A stretch of 64,000 bases of DNA from Candidatus Marinacidobacterales bacterium (GTDB lineage Bacteria > Acidobacteriota > Vicinamibacteria > Marinacidobacterales > DATDRI01), in assembly GCA_965226495.1 (NCBI GenBank), contig OZ245365.1:6144001-6208000 (forward strand), in the 5' to 3' direction. Position numbers and translations under genes: made by a program. Below the pieces are notes generated by a model. That model had not been told where the DNA came from. It ran no database searches and saw only the letters and a program-made list of their open reading frames with translations. This document shows, piece after piece, positions 9,055 to 20,300 of the stretch (positions are counted from its first letter, which is position 1; every line of letters starts with the position of its first letter).

Positions 9055-12000
9055 GTGAGACCGCGGCGACTTACCGTCGAGGGTTTCACCTGCTTCAAGG
9101 AGCGCCAGGATCCGCTGGATTTCTCCGAGCTCGAGCTCTTTGCCATATCCGGCCCTACTGGTGCGGGTAAGTCGAGCCTACTAGACTCGATCATCTTTGC
9201 CCTCTATGGCCGGGTCCCTCGCATGAGGAAGGGATACTCGGAGCTCATCTCCCTCGGTCTCGATCGCATGTCGGTGATGTTGGACTTCCAAGTTGGACGG
9301 AGGGAGTTTCGAGTTACCCGAACCGGACGTCGAGGGCGTTCGGCCGAGGCTCAACTCGATGAGCTGGTGAACGGGACCGAGCGCTCGGTCGCGGGTGGCG
9401 TTCACAGTGTGGACAAGGAAATCGTTCGACTCCTCGGTCTTCGCTACGAAGCGTTCACGCAGGCGGTCGTTCTCCCCCAAGGCGATTTCGCCCGCTTCCT
9501 GAAGAGTCAACCGCGTGAACGGAGGGAGATCCTGCGCGATCTCCTACGTCTCCAAGTCTACGAGTCGATGAGGAGACGGGCCGCCGAGTGCGCCAAAGAT
9601 CTGGAGCTCAAGCTAAGCGGTGTCCGGGAGCGGCTGAGCGAAGACTTTGGCGAAGTGAAGCCGGAGCGAGCGGCGGAGCTCCGCCGACAAGTCCGAGCAC
9701 TCGAAAAGCAAACTCACAAAGCATCCGAAGAATTGGCTTCGCTTCAGAAGAAGCTCGAAGAGATCCGGGTCCGCTACGCAAAATCTAGAGAACTCGAGGA
9801 GAAGAGGGGCAGGCTCAAGGAGCTGAATAAGCGCGAGTCAAAAATTGAGGCCGATGAGGACAAGCTCGCTGCGGCCAGGGAGGTCGCGCCGCTTGTTCCG
9901 CTTATGGATGCGGCGGCGGCGAGTGAAGGGCGGGCGGAAGCAGAGCGCAAGCGGGCCTTTGAGGCGAGCAGCGAGCTCGGTGAGATTCGTCGCGTGCACG
10001 AGCAATCGAGCCAGAAACTTGCGGAGGCGATTCGACGCGCGGACGAGCTGCCCGCGCTGCAAGAGAGAATCCGAGCGCTCGACGAGCTCAAAGGTCTTCT
10101 CGCCCCAAGAAGGGCTGCCCAGCGCCGAAGAGATGATGCCCGCGGGCAGCAGGAGAAACTGCAGCAGGAGATCCAGCGGGTCGACAAAGACAAGCTGCGA
10201 CTCCGGCAGGGAGCAGAAAGTTTCGAGGGTGAGGTGGAAGTCGCTAGCAAGAACTGCGAGGCCTCGGGGTATGACGAGAGCTTAGATCGGCGATTAGATG
10301 CAGCTCGTGACAGCGCCGCATCGCTTGCTGCCGACCGCAGGACAGCGCGGCAAGTTTTGGCAGAAAAGGAAGAAGCCGAAGAGCGCGTAGCTCGAGCGCG
10401 AGAGAACGCGTCGACACAAAAGACCAGGTTGGATAAGTTGCGCCAATCGTTCCTCAGATGCGAGAGAGCCCGAAAAAAGCTCGAAACCGACCGTCGAAAG
10501 GCGGAAGCAAAACATGCGGCGGCGCATCTTCGCGATGAACTCGAGAAAGGAGGGAAATGTCCGGTCTGTGAGCAGCCGGTGTCGAAGCTTCCTCCGGCGA
10601 TCGAGGTGGCGTTTCTCGACGACACCGCGTCCCGTTTGGACAAAGCGGTTAACTCTGAAGAACAGGCGCGTTCCCTTCTAGAGGAGGGGGCCGAAGCGGA
10701 GGCGGAAGCCCGGGCCGCCGCGATGGCGTTCGAGAAGGAGCTTGCCAAGGCCGACAAAAAGTGTACCCGTCTGGAGCAGGCGATAGAGCTTGCCGAGCGT
10801 GCACTCGAGAAGAAAGTCGGTGATGGAACGACCGGTGATCGAGGGTCCCATGTGGAAGAACGAATCCTTTCCGCGGTTAGCCGGGTTGCGAAGGAGCGCG
10901 AGGCCCATCAAGAGGCGACGAGGGAGCTGGACAAGGCGGAGAAGGAGCTCCTGAGGGCACGGAGTGATCTCGAAGCGTTGACCGAGGAGTCTCGACGGCT
11001 CGAGCAGCAGGTGCGAGACGCTACATCGCGGGCCAAGGAAGCGGAAGAGGAACTCTTCGAGCTCGAGGAAAAGATTGGCAAGGTTGCGGGAGATGCGGAG
11101 CCGGCGCGGGAACGCGATCGTCTAGCGGAAGAGAGAATAGAAATCGAGCGCAACCGCAAGGCAGCCGAGGAAGCCGAGCGACGGACAGGGAACGAGTTTT
11201 CATCCGCTAAGAAGGCGCTCGAAGAGGCGGAGCGCACCGCGCAGGTATCCACTCGAGCCTTGCTGGAAGCTCAGAGGAAGGTCGAAGAAGCACTCCAGTC
11301 TGCGGGGATTAAGAAGGCAGAAACGATTCGGGGTGCGGCTCTTCCGGCGGTGGAGATGAGTCGTTTAGAAGAGGAGATCAGGTCTCATCGTCAAGAGCGC
11401 CATACGACCGAGCAACGAATGTCAGAACTCGAAACGGAGCTCGAGGGTCATGCCGTCACGGAGCATGCCCAGCGTCACGCGGAGGAGGAAGCGGTATTCA
11501 AGCGTCGCGACTACGAGGACGGCATCGAGAAGAAGGCCGAGCTAGAACAGCAGATCAAGGAGATCGAGCGCCGAATGGAGAGAGCGGCCGAGCTTTCCGC
11601 TCAGAAGAAGAGTTTGCAACAAGAGTTTTCCGTTTACCGGCGGCTTGCGACCGATCTTCGAAGCGAGAACTTCCAGGCGTATTTGCTCGAGGAAGCCTTT
11701 CGAGAGTTGGTCAACGGGGCGTCGATGCGGCTCGAGAGCTTGAGCGGACGCTACTCGTTAGAGTATCAGCAAGACGGCTTCCACGTGCTCGACCACGACA
11801 ACGCGCGCGAGCGAAGAAGTGCCGACACGCTTAGCGGTGGCGAAACATTTCTTGCTTCGCTGGCCTTGGCACTCGAGCTCAGCGAGCAAATACAACGCGC
11901 CGCCGGCGCGGTGAATCTGGATAGTCTCTTCATCGACGAAGGTTTCGGGACTCTCGATCCCGAGACCTTGGACACCGTGGCCAGCGCCATCGAGTCTCTA

Positions 12001-12123
12001 CACGTCGGAGGTCGCATGGTCGGCATCATCACTCACATCCCCGAGCTGACTGATCGACTACCGGCCGCTATCCGCATCGAGAAGCACCCTGAAGGCTCCC
12101 GTATCCGACAGGAACTCCTATAG
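9055..12123 (+). CDS. sbcC: SbcC/Rad50-family SMC ATPase
   Basis: Walker A GPTGAGKS, Q-loop LPQGDF, long coiled coils with central zinc hook CPVC, signature LSGGE, Walker B FIDEGFG, ITH. Confidence 0.94.
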   Translation: MRPRRLTVEGFTCFKERQDPLDFSELELFAISGPTGAGKSSLLDSIIFALYGRVPRMRKGYSELISLGLDRMSVMLDFQVGRREFRVTRTGRRGRSAEAQLDELVNGTERSVAGGVHSVDKEIVRLLGLRYEAFTQAVVLPQGDFARFLKSQPRERREILRDLLRLQVYESMRRRAAECAKDLELKLSGVRERLSEDFGEVKPERAAELRRQVRALEKQTHKASEELASLQKKLEEIRVRYAKSRELEEKRGRLKELNKRESKIEADEDKLAAAREVAPLVPLMDAAAASEGRAEAERKRAFEASSELGEIRRVHEQSSQKLAEAIRRADELPALQERIRALDELKGLLAPRRAAQRRRDDARGQQEKLQQEIQRVDKDKLRLRQGAESFEGEVEVASKNCEASGYDESLDRRLDAARDSAASLAADRRTARQVLAEKEEAEERVARARENASTQKTRLDKLRQSFLRCERARKKLETDRRKAEAKHAAAHLRDELEKGGKCPVCEQPVSKLPPAIEVAFLDDTASRLDKAVNSEEQARSLLEEGAEAEAEARAAAMAFEKELAKADKKCTRLEQAIELAERALEKKVGDGTTGDRGSHVEERILSAVSRVAKEREAHQEATRELDKAEKELLRARSDLEALTEESRRLEQQVRDATSRAKEAEEELFELEEKIGKVAGDAEPARERDRLAEERIEIERNRKAAEEAERRTGNEFSSAKKALEEAERTAQVSTRALLEAQRKVEEALQSAGIKKAETIRGAALPAVEMSRLEEEIRSHRQERHTTEQRMSELETELEGHAVTEHAQRHAEEEAVFKRRDYEDGIEKKAELEQQIKEIERRMERAAELSAQKKSLQQEFSVYRRLATDLRSENFQAYLLEEAFRELVNGASMRLESLSGRYSLEYQQDGFHVLDHDNARERRSADTLSGGETFLASLALALELSEQIQRAAGAVNLDSLFIDEGFGTLDPETLDTVASAIESLHVGGRMVGIITHIPELTDRLPAAIRIEKHPEGSRIRQELL

Positions 12124-12910
12124 TGAGTATCCGGAAACCCGCCGACCTCACGATCGCAGCGACGTTACGCTACCTCGAGGAATACTTACCCGCCGGCTCG
12201 CGGATCCTGGACGCCGGATGCGGGGGGGAGAGCTCGCGCTTAAGTTGAAGGACGCGGGGCATCGCGTGACGGGCTTGGACGTGGACGGGCGAGAAGTGGA
12301 AAAGGCCCTCGCCCTGGGCGTTGAGGCGAGACAAGCGGATTTCCTCCACTTGGAAGGAGAACCCTTCGACGCTATCGTTTTTAGTTTTTCGCTTCATCAC
12401 ATTTTTCCGTTGGCTGATGCGCTGGAGCACGCCGGGCGCCTCCTCGCTCCCGGTGGGCTCGTTCTCGCAGAAGAGTTCTCTTGGGACGAAATCGACGCGG
12501 GTACGGCGCGGTGGTTCTATGAAATGTGGTCTCTGCTCGAGACTTGCGGCGTGCTCTCGGAGGAATACTCGGCAGGAGGCGAGCACCACGGCGATCACGC
12601 CCATGGAGGTTACGCTCACGGCGCGACGCCGGCGGCGCCCCAGACTCCTCTCGAGGAACGGATCGCGGAGCACGACCATGAGCCGCCGCTCCACAAGGGC
12701 CATGAGATGCTGGAGGGAGTCGAGCGCCGCTTCGATATGGTGAGTTCGGAAAGCGTCCCGACTTTGTTTACGGACTTTGCCGCTGCCTTGGAGCCGACCG
12801 AGCGAGGGTACGCAGTTGCCTTTAAGCTCCAGGAGCTCGAGAGAAGCTTGATCGAGGATGAGGCCATCGTGCCTGTGGGGCTCCGCATGGTGGCGAAAAA
12901 GAAGGCCTGA
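12123..12910 (+). pseudogene. Class I SAM-dependent methyltransferase, frameshifted in a G7 run (probably a sequencing error)
   Basis: GTG overlaps the sbcC stop and reads MSIRKP...ILDAGCG. One extra G in the 12222-12228 run joins it to GGELALKL...GLDVD...FSLHH. His-rich insert present. Confidence 0.75.
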
Positions 12911-13033
12911 CTACCTGTTGACGGCTTGCCAATTTCTGTCGAGCTGGATCCTTCGGTGCACGCCAGAGTGGCTCTTACGGGGGACAGGAAGGAAAGCTAG
13001 AATCCCCAATAAAGATGATAGGGAGGAAAAAAG

Positions 13034-15034
13034 GTGACCACTAAGCTCGTCGATACCACTTGCGCTATGGATTGCCCGGACGCGTGCTCGCTCGAAGTGA
13101 CCGTCAAGGACGACATCATCGAAGGGATTCGGGGTCACGACGACCATCCGACGAGCGGGGGGTTCATTTGCTCCAAGGTTACGCAGTTCTCACGCCGCGT
13201 CTATCATGACTCGCGGCTTCTCCACCCGATGAGGCGTAAGGGTGTAAAGGGCGATGAGGAGTTCGAGCGGATCTCGTGGGAAGCGGCGATCGGCGAGATC
13301 ACGGACCAGTTTCGGAGAATCGCGGGCGAGTGGGGGCCGGAAGCCGTTCTGCCCTATCACTACGGCGGCTCGAACGGCGCGCTCAGCGACGATTTTTCCG
13401 ATAGCTTATACTTCGCGCGCCTGGGCGCCTCCCGGCTCGCGAAGACGATTTGCGCAGCACCGACTTCCGAAGTCGCGCAGGGCATGTACGGCAAGATGCC
13501 GGGAGTGGCCTTCGAGGATTACCGCGAGGCTAAGTGCATCATTATATGGGGTGCGAATCCTAGGGCATCCAATATCCACCTGGTTCCGTTTCTTCAGGAA
13601 GCGAAACGTCGGGGTGCGTTCATCGCGGTCGTCGACCCCAGGAGGAACTTGTCCGCGGGCCTGGTCGATCTGCACCTCCCGATCTTCCCTGGGACAGATC
13701 TCCCGGTAGCACTGGCAATGATCCGCTACTGGAACGAGCAGGGAAGGCTCGACCGGCCGTTTCTCGACGGCCACAGCGTCGGTCTCGACGCACTCTTGGA
13801 GAAGGCGGCTCCATGGACTATCGACCAAGCGGCGGCGGAGGCACGCGTCAATCCGGAAGCGATTCGACGGCTGGCGGATGTGTACGCTGCAACGTCTCCG
13901 GCGGTGATGCGGTGCGGATGGGGCGTCGAGAGGAACCAGAACGGAGGGCAGGCGGTCGCCGCGGTTCTGGCGATGCCGGCGCTACTCGGCAAGTTCGGGC
14001 CTCGCGGTGGCGGCTATACGTTGAGCAATCGAGGCGCGTTAAAGGTGGATTCGAATCAGATATGGGACGAGTCGAGCTGGCAAACCCGTATCATTAATAT
14101 GACCGAGCTCGGCAAGGTCCTCAACGATGACCTTTCACCACCCATCAAGGGCCTCTTCGTGTATAACGCCAATCCCGCTGCAACGGTACCGGATCAAAAC
14201 GCGGTGCTTACCGGTCTCGGCCGCGAAGACTTGTTTACGGTCGTTTTCGATCAGGTCATGACGGATACGGCTCGTTACGCAGACATTCTCCTGCCCGCCA
14301 CGACGTTTCTCGAGCACGAGGATATCCGGGCTGGCTACGGTGCCTATGTTGTCGGCGGTGTTCGGGCCGCCATCACGGCCCGTGGCGAGTCCCGGTCCAA
14401 CCACGACGTCTTCTCGGCGCTCGGTCGCGCGATGGGCTTCGAGGACGAGGCGTTTTCTTGGGACGGCGCCGAAGCGCTCAGAAGAGTCGCCGCCACGATG
14501 CGGTTGAACGGGAAGCAAGCGGACCCCGTCTTGCTCGAAGCGGGCAAGCAGCAGAGGTATAACTTTCCTGGGGATGCACCGGTGCAGTTCGAGTCGGTGT
14601 TCCCGCAGACTTCGGATCAGAAGATCCACCTCACACCCGCAGCACTCGGACCGCGGTCGTACGAATATCGACCGGTCCAAGATCCGGACTACCCGTTGGC
14701 ACTTCTCACTCCGGCAATGGCGAGAATGACGAATAGCACCTTCGGTGAGTGGAGCTATCCCACCTTGGAGGTCACCATCCATCCACAAGACGCCTCGACA
14801 AGGGGTATCGATAGTGGCAATATCGTGCGCGTTCACAATCGGCTAGGAGAAGTACACTGTCGCGCTCGGGTGAGTGATAGCACTAGAGTCGGGGTCGTCA
14901 GCATTCCGAAAGGTGCTTGGATGAAGTCTTCCGAGAACGGCCGCACCGCAACCGCTCTCTGCCCACCGACCGTCGATAACGTAGGCGCGGGTGCCTGCTT
15001 CAACGACGCCCGCGTCGAGGTGGAGGGGATTTAG
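13034..15034 (+). CDS. Molybdopterin-dependent oxidoreductase (DMSO reductase superfamily, cytoplasmic)
   Basis: N-terminal CAMDCPDAC...C Fe-S motif, IIWGANP, ADILLPAT, C-terminal MGD-binding domain; no Tat signal. Confidence 0.9.
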   Translation: MTTKLVDTTCAMDCPDACSLEVTVKDDIIEGIRGHDDHPTSGGFICSKVTQFSRRVYHDSRLLHPMRRKGVKGDEEFERISWEAAIGEITDQFRRIAGEWGPEAVLPYHYGGSNGALSDDFSDSLYFARLGASRLAKTICAAPTSEVAQGMYGKMPGVAFEDYREAKCIIIWGANPRASNIHLVPFLQEAKRRGAFIAVVDPRRNLSAGLVDLHLPIFPGTDLPVALAMIRYWNEQGRLDRPFLDGHSVGLDALLEKAAPWTIDQAAAEARVNPEAIRRLADVYAATSPAVMRCGWGVERNQNGGQAVAAVLAMPALLGKFGPRGGGYTLSNRGALKVDSNQIWDESSWQTRIINMTELGKVLNDDLSPPIKGLFVYNANPAATVPDQNAVLTGLGREDLFTVVFDQVMTDTARYADILLPATTFLEHEDIRAGYGAYVVGGVRAAITARGESRSNHDVFSALGRAMGFEDEAFSWDGAEALRRVAATMRLNGKQADPVLLEAGKQQRYNFPGDAPVQFESVFPQTSDQKIHLTPAALGPRSYEYRPVQDPDYPLALLTPAMARMTNSTFGEWSYPTLEVTIHPQDASTRGIDSGNIVRVHNRLGEVHCRARVSDSTRVGVVSIPKGAWMKSSENGRTATALCPPTVDNVGAGACFNDARVEVEGI

Positions 15035-15037
15035 TTT

Positions 15038-15645
15038 GTGAAACTCCCAAGACGTTCTCTGTTAGTGCTAGGTCTTCTCGTCGCGCTCTCGCACTCCGTA
15101 GCCGGCCGCGAGAAGTTTCCCGGCCGTATCGATGGTGAAGACCGCATCGGCGAAGCGGCACCACCCTTCGAGCTCAGTGCGTGGTTGAACTCGGATCCGC
15201 TGGAGCCAGGCGACTTGAACGGCAAGGTGCTACTCGTTCGTTGGTGGACCGACACCTGCCCGTTCTGCTCTACGACGGCGCCGGTGCTGCGGGAGCTCGA
15301 TCGCAAGTACAGGGATCGGGGCCTCCGGGTCATCGGGATCTTCCATCCCAAGCCGCCGGGCGATAGAAGCTTCGAAAGGCTGCGGCGCGCGACGGAGCGT
15401 TTCGGTTTTACTTTCCCAGTTGCGCTCGACTCGGATTGGACGGCTCTACGTCGCTGGTGGCTCGACCGTGAGGAGCAGGCGTGGACCTCCGTTTCCTTCG
15501 TCGTCGACAAACGGGCGTTATCCGCTACGTGCACCCGGGCGGTGAATACCATCTGGGTGAAGCTGGCCTCCATTGGCGGAACCACGAAAGCTGCCATCGC
15601 GAATATCGCGAGATAGAAGACACCATCCTCCAGCTCCTTGATTAA
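15038..15645 (+). pseudogene. Exported TlpA/redoxin-family thiol-disulfide oxidoreductase, frameshifted near 15514
   Basis: Signal peptide and WWTDTCPFC CxxC motif. Adding one G at CGGG (~15513) gives VVDKRGVIRYVHPGGEYH...QLLD, ending at TAA 15645. Confidence 0.72.
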
Positions 15646-17316
15646 CTAATTAATATATCCAATCGATTTCAAACGCTCGATCACCTCGTCCGTGTCTTCG
15701 GTGAGGGGTGATTCCTTCCGTTCGGCAATGCCGGTCTCCATATCTAGGTAACGGGGCGTATGCGCCGCGAACCACTCTGTCTCGAAGGCCTGCGCGAGCA
15801 CTTTGCCATCCATCTCGTAGGGAATGGGGGCGCCGAAAAGTTGAAGTATCGTCGGTGCGATGTCTAACACCGTCGCGCCTCTCAACTCGGCATGCCGAAC
15901 AGAAGGTCCGGACGCGACCAAGACCCCGTAGGGAGCGTGGTAGCCGGCGTTGTCAGCGGTTACCATGCCGTGGTCTGAGATCACCATGACGGTTGCATGT
16001 GCGGGAAGCCCCTTGATCAGTTCGCCGATCCATCCGTCGATCCGAGCGTATGTCTTGTCGGCCACGTCTCTTACCGAGTCGGGACAATCGGGAGGAAGCT
16101 CTGCTCCGTGGCGATACGGCAAAAACGTATGGCTTCCCACGTCGATCGACTCGAAGTAGACGGTGAAAAACCCTGCGTCGAGAGTGGGTAGAAGTTTCCG
16201 CGCGATACGGAAGTAGAACTCGTCTTGCCACAATACTTGTTCGAAGACCGAGAGGCTCTTGGGTTTGGCCGGCGCGCAGGAAGGTGGATAGAGGTCGGTG
16301 ACGACCTCTATCATTTCTTCTTCGGTTGGACTTAGCGGTCCGAGCTCGTCGGCGAGCGTGGCTGGCCAGGTAAGGTGTTCTCGGGTGCCCTGTCGTCTTC
16401 CACGCATTCCCATGCGTGAGCTGACGAGAAAGCCGTTCACTTCATAGGCGGGCCAAGTGGACCAATAGCCCACCACCCCGATCCGATGCCCCAGATTGCC
16501 CAAGAGGCTCCAAACCGGTCGTGTCTTGAAGTGTGCGCTCTGCGCTTCGACCAACTCGGCCTCGGGAAGATGAAAACCCTTGCCGAGTGAGAAGCGTTGG
16601 TAGACCGGGTCGAAGGAAGCCACGATCTCTCCCCGCGAATCTTCCACCGCAAGCGAAGCGAAGGCCCCGGCGAGAGAACGGTCATCTTTCGATTTGCCTC
16701 GATCTGATGGCTTGCTCTGTTTGGAGAAAACAAGCTCGACACGATTCTGTGCGGGGCGAAGGAGCTCCTCAGGTAAATCCATGGTGAAGTCCTTCCACTT
16801 GACCGGAACCGTGGCTGCTGCGACGGGAGCCCCGTTCAAGTGCACCTGGACGTCCTGTGGTCCGTTCGCCGGAAACGATCGCAATCGAATGCGCAGAGTG
16901 TACGGTGGACGACCGTTCACCTCGGGCAGTATGAGATCGGCTCGCGGTGGGCCGGCATCGTTTCCAACCCACGCGAACGATGTCCCGGGCATTGGAAGAA
17001 GAAAATCGAGAATCCCGTGTTTCTCGGGAATCATGCCCGTCGCGACGGACGCCCAAATGATCGGAGACCAATAACCCCGTCGGGGCTGAGGCCGTAACAC
17101 CCGCTTGGCTCCTAGCGACTCCAATGGACCCCAGCTACCCGAGCGGATCAGGCGATCGATGTTGGGTAGCTTCCCTTCCGAGCGAAGTTGGTCGAAGGCT
17201 TCGGGGGTGGCGCCGTCGAGGCAGAAGAGTACTACGAAAGGTTCGGGCTTCCGACTCCCGCACGCCGTGAGGAGCAAGAAAAACGGGAGAACGTAGGCGG
17301 CCAGGTTTCTTAGCAT
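15646..17316 (-). CDS. Alkaline-phosphatase-superfamily (phosphodiesterase/NPP-like) lipoprotein with inserted beta domain
   Basis: Lipobox-like LTAC; LDGAT, SPIIWASVATG, IDVGSH, ISDHG and DIAPTIL motifs. Confidence 0.82.
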   Translation of the reverse strand: MLRNLAAYVLPFFLLLTACGSRKPEPFVVLFCLDGATPEAFDQLRSEGKLPNIDRLIRSGSWGPLESLGAKRVLRPQPRRGYWSPIIWASVATGMIPEKHGILDFLLPMPGTSFAWVGNDAGPPRADLILPEVNGRPPYTLRIRLRSFPANGPQDVQVHLNGAPVAAATVPVKWKDFTMDLPEELLRPAQNRVELVFSKQSKPSDRGKSKDDRSLAGAFASLAVEDSRGEIVASFDPVYQRFSLGKGFHLPEAELVEAQSAHFKTRPVWSLLGNLGHRIGVVGYWSTWPAYEVNGFLVSSRMGMRGRRQGTREHLTWPATLADELGPLSPTEEEMIEVVTDLYPPSCAPAKPKSLSVFEQVLWQDEFYFRIARKLLPTLDAGFFTVYFESIDVGSHTFLPYRHGAELPPDCPDSVRDVADKTYARIDGWIGELIKGLPAHATVMVISDHGMVTADNAGYHAPYGVLVASGPSVRHAELRGATVLDIAPTILQLFGAPIPYEMDGKVLAQAFETEWFAAHTPRYLDMETGIAERKESPLTEDTDEVIERLKSIGYIN

Positions 17317-17390
17317 CGCCTTATTGTAGTGGAGCGGGGCTCGCCCCGCCGAAGCCGTGAGTTGCGATCTGCCCCAACGGCGAAGGTAGT

Positions 17391-20300
17391 CTAATCGCTG
17401 GTGTGCTGAGCGGGCTTCAATACTCGCAACGCTTGCGCGCCGAGGTAGGTACGGGCGTCCATCACGAGGCTAAACAACGCAGGGACGAGGAACAGAGTAA
17501 ACACGGTCGACAACACGAGGCCGCCAACCACGACGCTTCCCAGCCCGCGATAGAGCTCGGAGCCGGCGCCGGGGAATAGGATGAGCGGCAACATGCCGCA
17601 GACCGAGGTGCTCACGCTCATAAAGATGGGACGGATCCGTGTCTTCACCGACTCGCCAATCGCGAGGCGTGGCTCCATGGCTTCCTCGCGCATATGGTTC
17701 AGGGTCTGATGCACGATGAGAATCGCATTGTTGACCACAGTGCCGACGAGGATGATGAAGCCCAACATGGTGAGCACATCGAGCGCCTGATAGGTGAAGA
17801 GGTTTACGACCGCGAGCCCGAGGAACCCACCTAGAGCTGCCAGCGGCACACTGAACATGATGACGAATGGGTAGAGAAAACTCTCGAAGAGCGCCGCCAT
17901 CAGCAAATAGGTAATGACGATGGCGAGAAGGAAGTTCCATCTCAAGGCACGGCCGGTTTGGGAGAGTTTGTCGGCGCTTCCGCTCAAGGTAACACGATAG
18001 AGACCACCGAGCTTCCCTTCTTCTTGCATCGGCGCGATGATCTGGGTCTCCACCGCTTCCATGGCGGTCTCCAGCGGCATTTGTTCGTCCGGCGTGATGC
18101 GCAAAGTGATGGCCCGTTCACGCTCGCGGTGATTGATCTGTACTGGCCCGTTTACTTCGACGACCTCGGCCACCGAGCCGATTGTGACGAGTCGGCCATC
18201 GGGTGTGGCGATGGGAAGCTGCTCGAGAAGGTGAGTGCGGTGCTCGTAGCTCTCCTCGGTCATGACCCTGAGGTCGATCTCTCTTCCCTCGAACTGGTAG
18301 TCGCTGGCTTTTGCACCGTCCACCAGCGCACTCACCGCGAAACCCAACTCGCGATTGGAAAGTCCCATTTCGGCAGCGCGTCGACGATGGGTGATCACTT
18401 GAATCTCTGGATTGTCGAGATCGAGTCCCGGTATGGGTCGCCCCTGTGCTCCGGGCAGGACTTGAAAAGCCTTGGCGAACATCTCCCCGCCGAGCTGCAT
18501 GAGCCGCTCGAGATCGGGGCCAGTGATATCGATGTCGATGTTGCGCCCTTCGTCGAAGCCCCCTTGGAAGATGCTAGCCTGATTGACGACCGCGATCACT
18601 CCAGGACTCGAGAAGCCTAATCTTTGGAACTCGGGGATGAGCTCCCGAACGCGCAGAGGATCTCGAGCGCGCGCCCCCATGAAAACACTGCTGTGGAGAC
18701 TCACAAAGAAAAAATTCTTAACCCCGCCTCCAGGCTGTGCCAATGCCTCCGGAGACCCAGGTTCGGACTCCCACAGCGAACGCAGACCCTCCTCGTACAC
18801 CTTGCGGAGCTCGGAGACTTCGTTCAGTGTGTATCCCGGCGGTGGTAATAGGATGCCGAACAGGAAGTTGTTGTTGCCGACGGGGAGATACTCGGCCTTT
18901 GGCATGATGAGAAAGCTCAGGCCGATGGAAACCGTCGTGAGTCCGACAACAACCGCGAGCCGACGTTTGATGGTTGCATTGATCCAGGACACCGTGTCGC
19001 CAACCCAGTGGGAGAAGCCGGCGGCACGATCCACCCCTCCCCAGAGGTTGTGGAATCCCTTGTCCTCGTCTTCCTGATGCGCGGTGCGAAGAATGCGTGC
19101 CGAAAGGCTGGGGATGACGGTGATCGAAACGACCAGACTGAGCGCCACCGCACAGCTGATGGCAATAGCAATATCGGCGAAGAGCTGCCCCGCCTCTTCC
19201 TGGATAAACACCACCGGTACGAAGACTGCGATGGTGGTGAGCGTACTGGCCAGGACGGCTCCCCAGACCTCTCTCGCCCCGTCGTAGGCTGCTGTGAATC
19301 GAGGTTTGCCCATCTGGCTGTGGCGGTAGATGTTCTCGAGCACCACGATGGAGTTGTCGACCACCATGCCCACCGCGAAGGCCATTCCTGCCAGGCTTAC
19401 GACGTTCAACGTGCGCCCGAACAGGTACATCATCAAGAATGTCCCGACGATGCAGATGGGGATGGCGACCCCGATGACCAACGTGCTGGTGCCGCTTCGC
19501 AGGTAAAGCAGTAGGATGGCGACGGCGAGTAGGCCGCCGATCATGAGGCTTTGTCGGACGAGAGCGATGGCGCTATCGATATACTCGGTCTCGTCGTAGG
19601 CCAACCAGAGGTCGAGCCCCCGAGGATGAAGTAGGTCCCGATTCAGTCGGTCGGTGGTTTCCTGGAGCCCCTCCATGACTTGGAGGACATTGGTTCCCGG
19701 CTCCGCGATGGCGTTGATGGCGATCGTCTTTTCATCCCACTCGTAGACCTCGGCCCTAGGTTTTCGGTAACCGAGCTCGGCACGGCCGACGTCACGGACA
19801 TAGATGGGAACACCGTCCCGCAGCGCGATGACGATGTTCTCGATGTCTTCCGTCGATTGATACTCGCCAACCGTTCGCACGACGTAGCGACGTTTACCTT
19901 CGTCGAAGTCGCCACCGCTATAGTTACGGTTCTCTTTTTCGAGGGCATCTCCGAGCTCTTTGAACGTCACACGACGAGCCGCCAGCTTGGCGGGGTCGAC
20001 GACCACCTGCATCTCCCGCTCGCGGCCGCCGAAGAAGTTCGACTGCCCCACGCCCTCGACTCTCTCGAACTCGGGCTTGATGTAGTCGTCGACGAAGTTA
20101 TACAGGGTCGAGATGTCTTCTTGGTAAGGGTTCTCCTTGGCCTTCTTGAGAATGAACCAAGCTACCGCGTTTTCTTCGAGACCGACGGTCGTGATGACCG
20201 GCTTATCCGCGTCGGATGGATACTCTGGAACTTGTTGCAGGCGGTTCGACACCCTGAGAACGGCGGTGTCAAGATCGGTGCCCACCGGGAAGGTCAGCAC

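Noticed and set aside
2282-12123. Anti-phage system (Sir2-HerA, Lamassu, Wadjet-like)
   Set aside because: No Sir2, DUF4297, kleisin or effector genes. The partners are NurA and canonical SbcCD, with no defence-island context.
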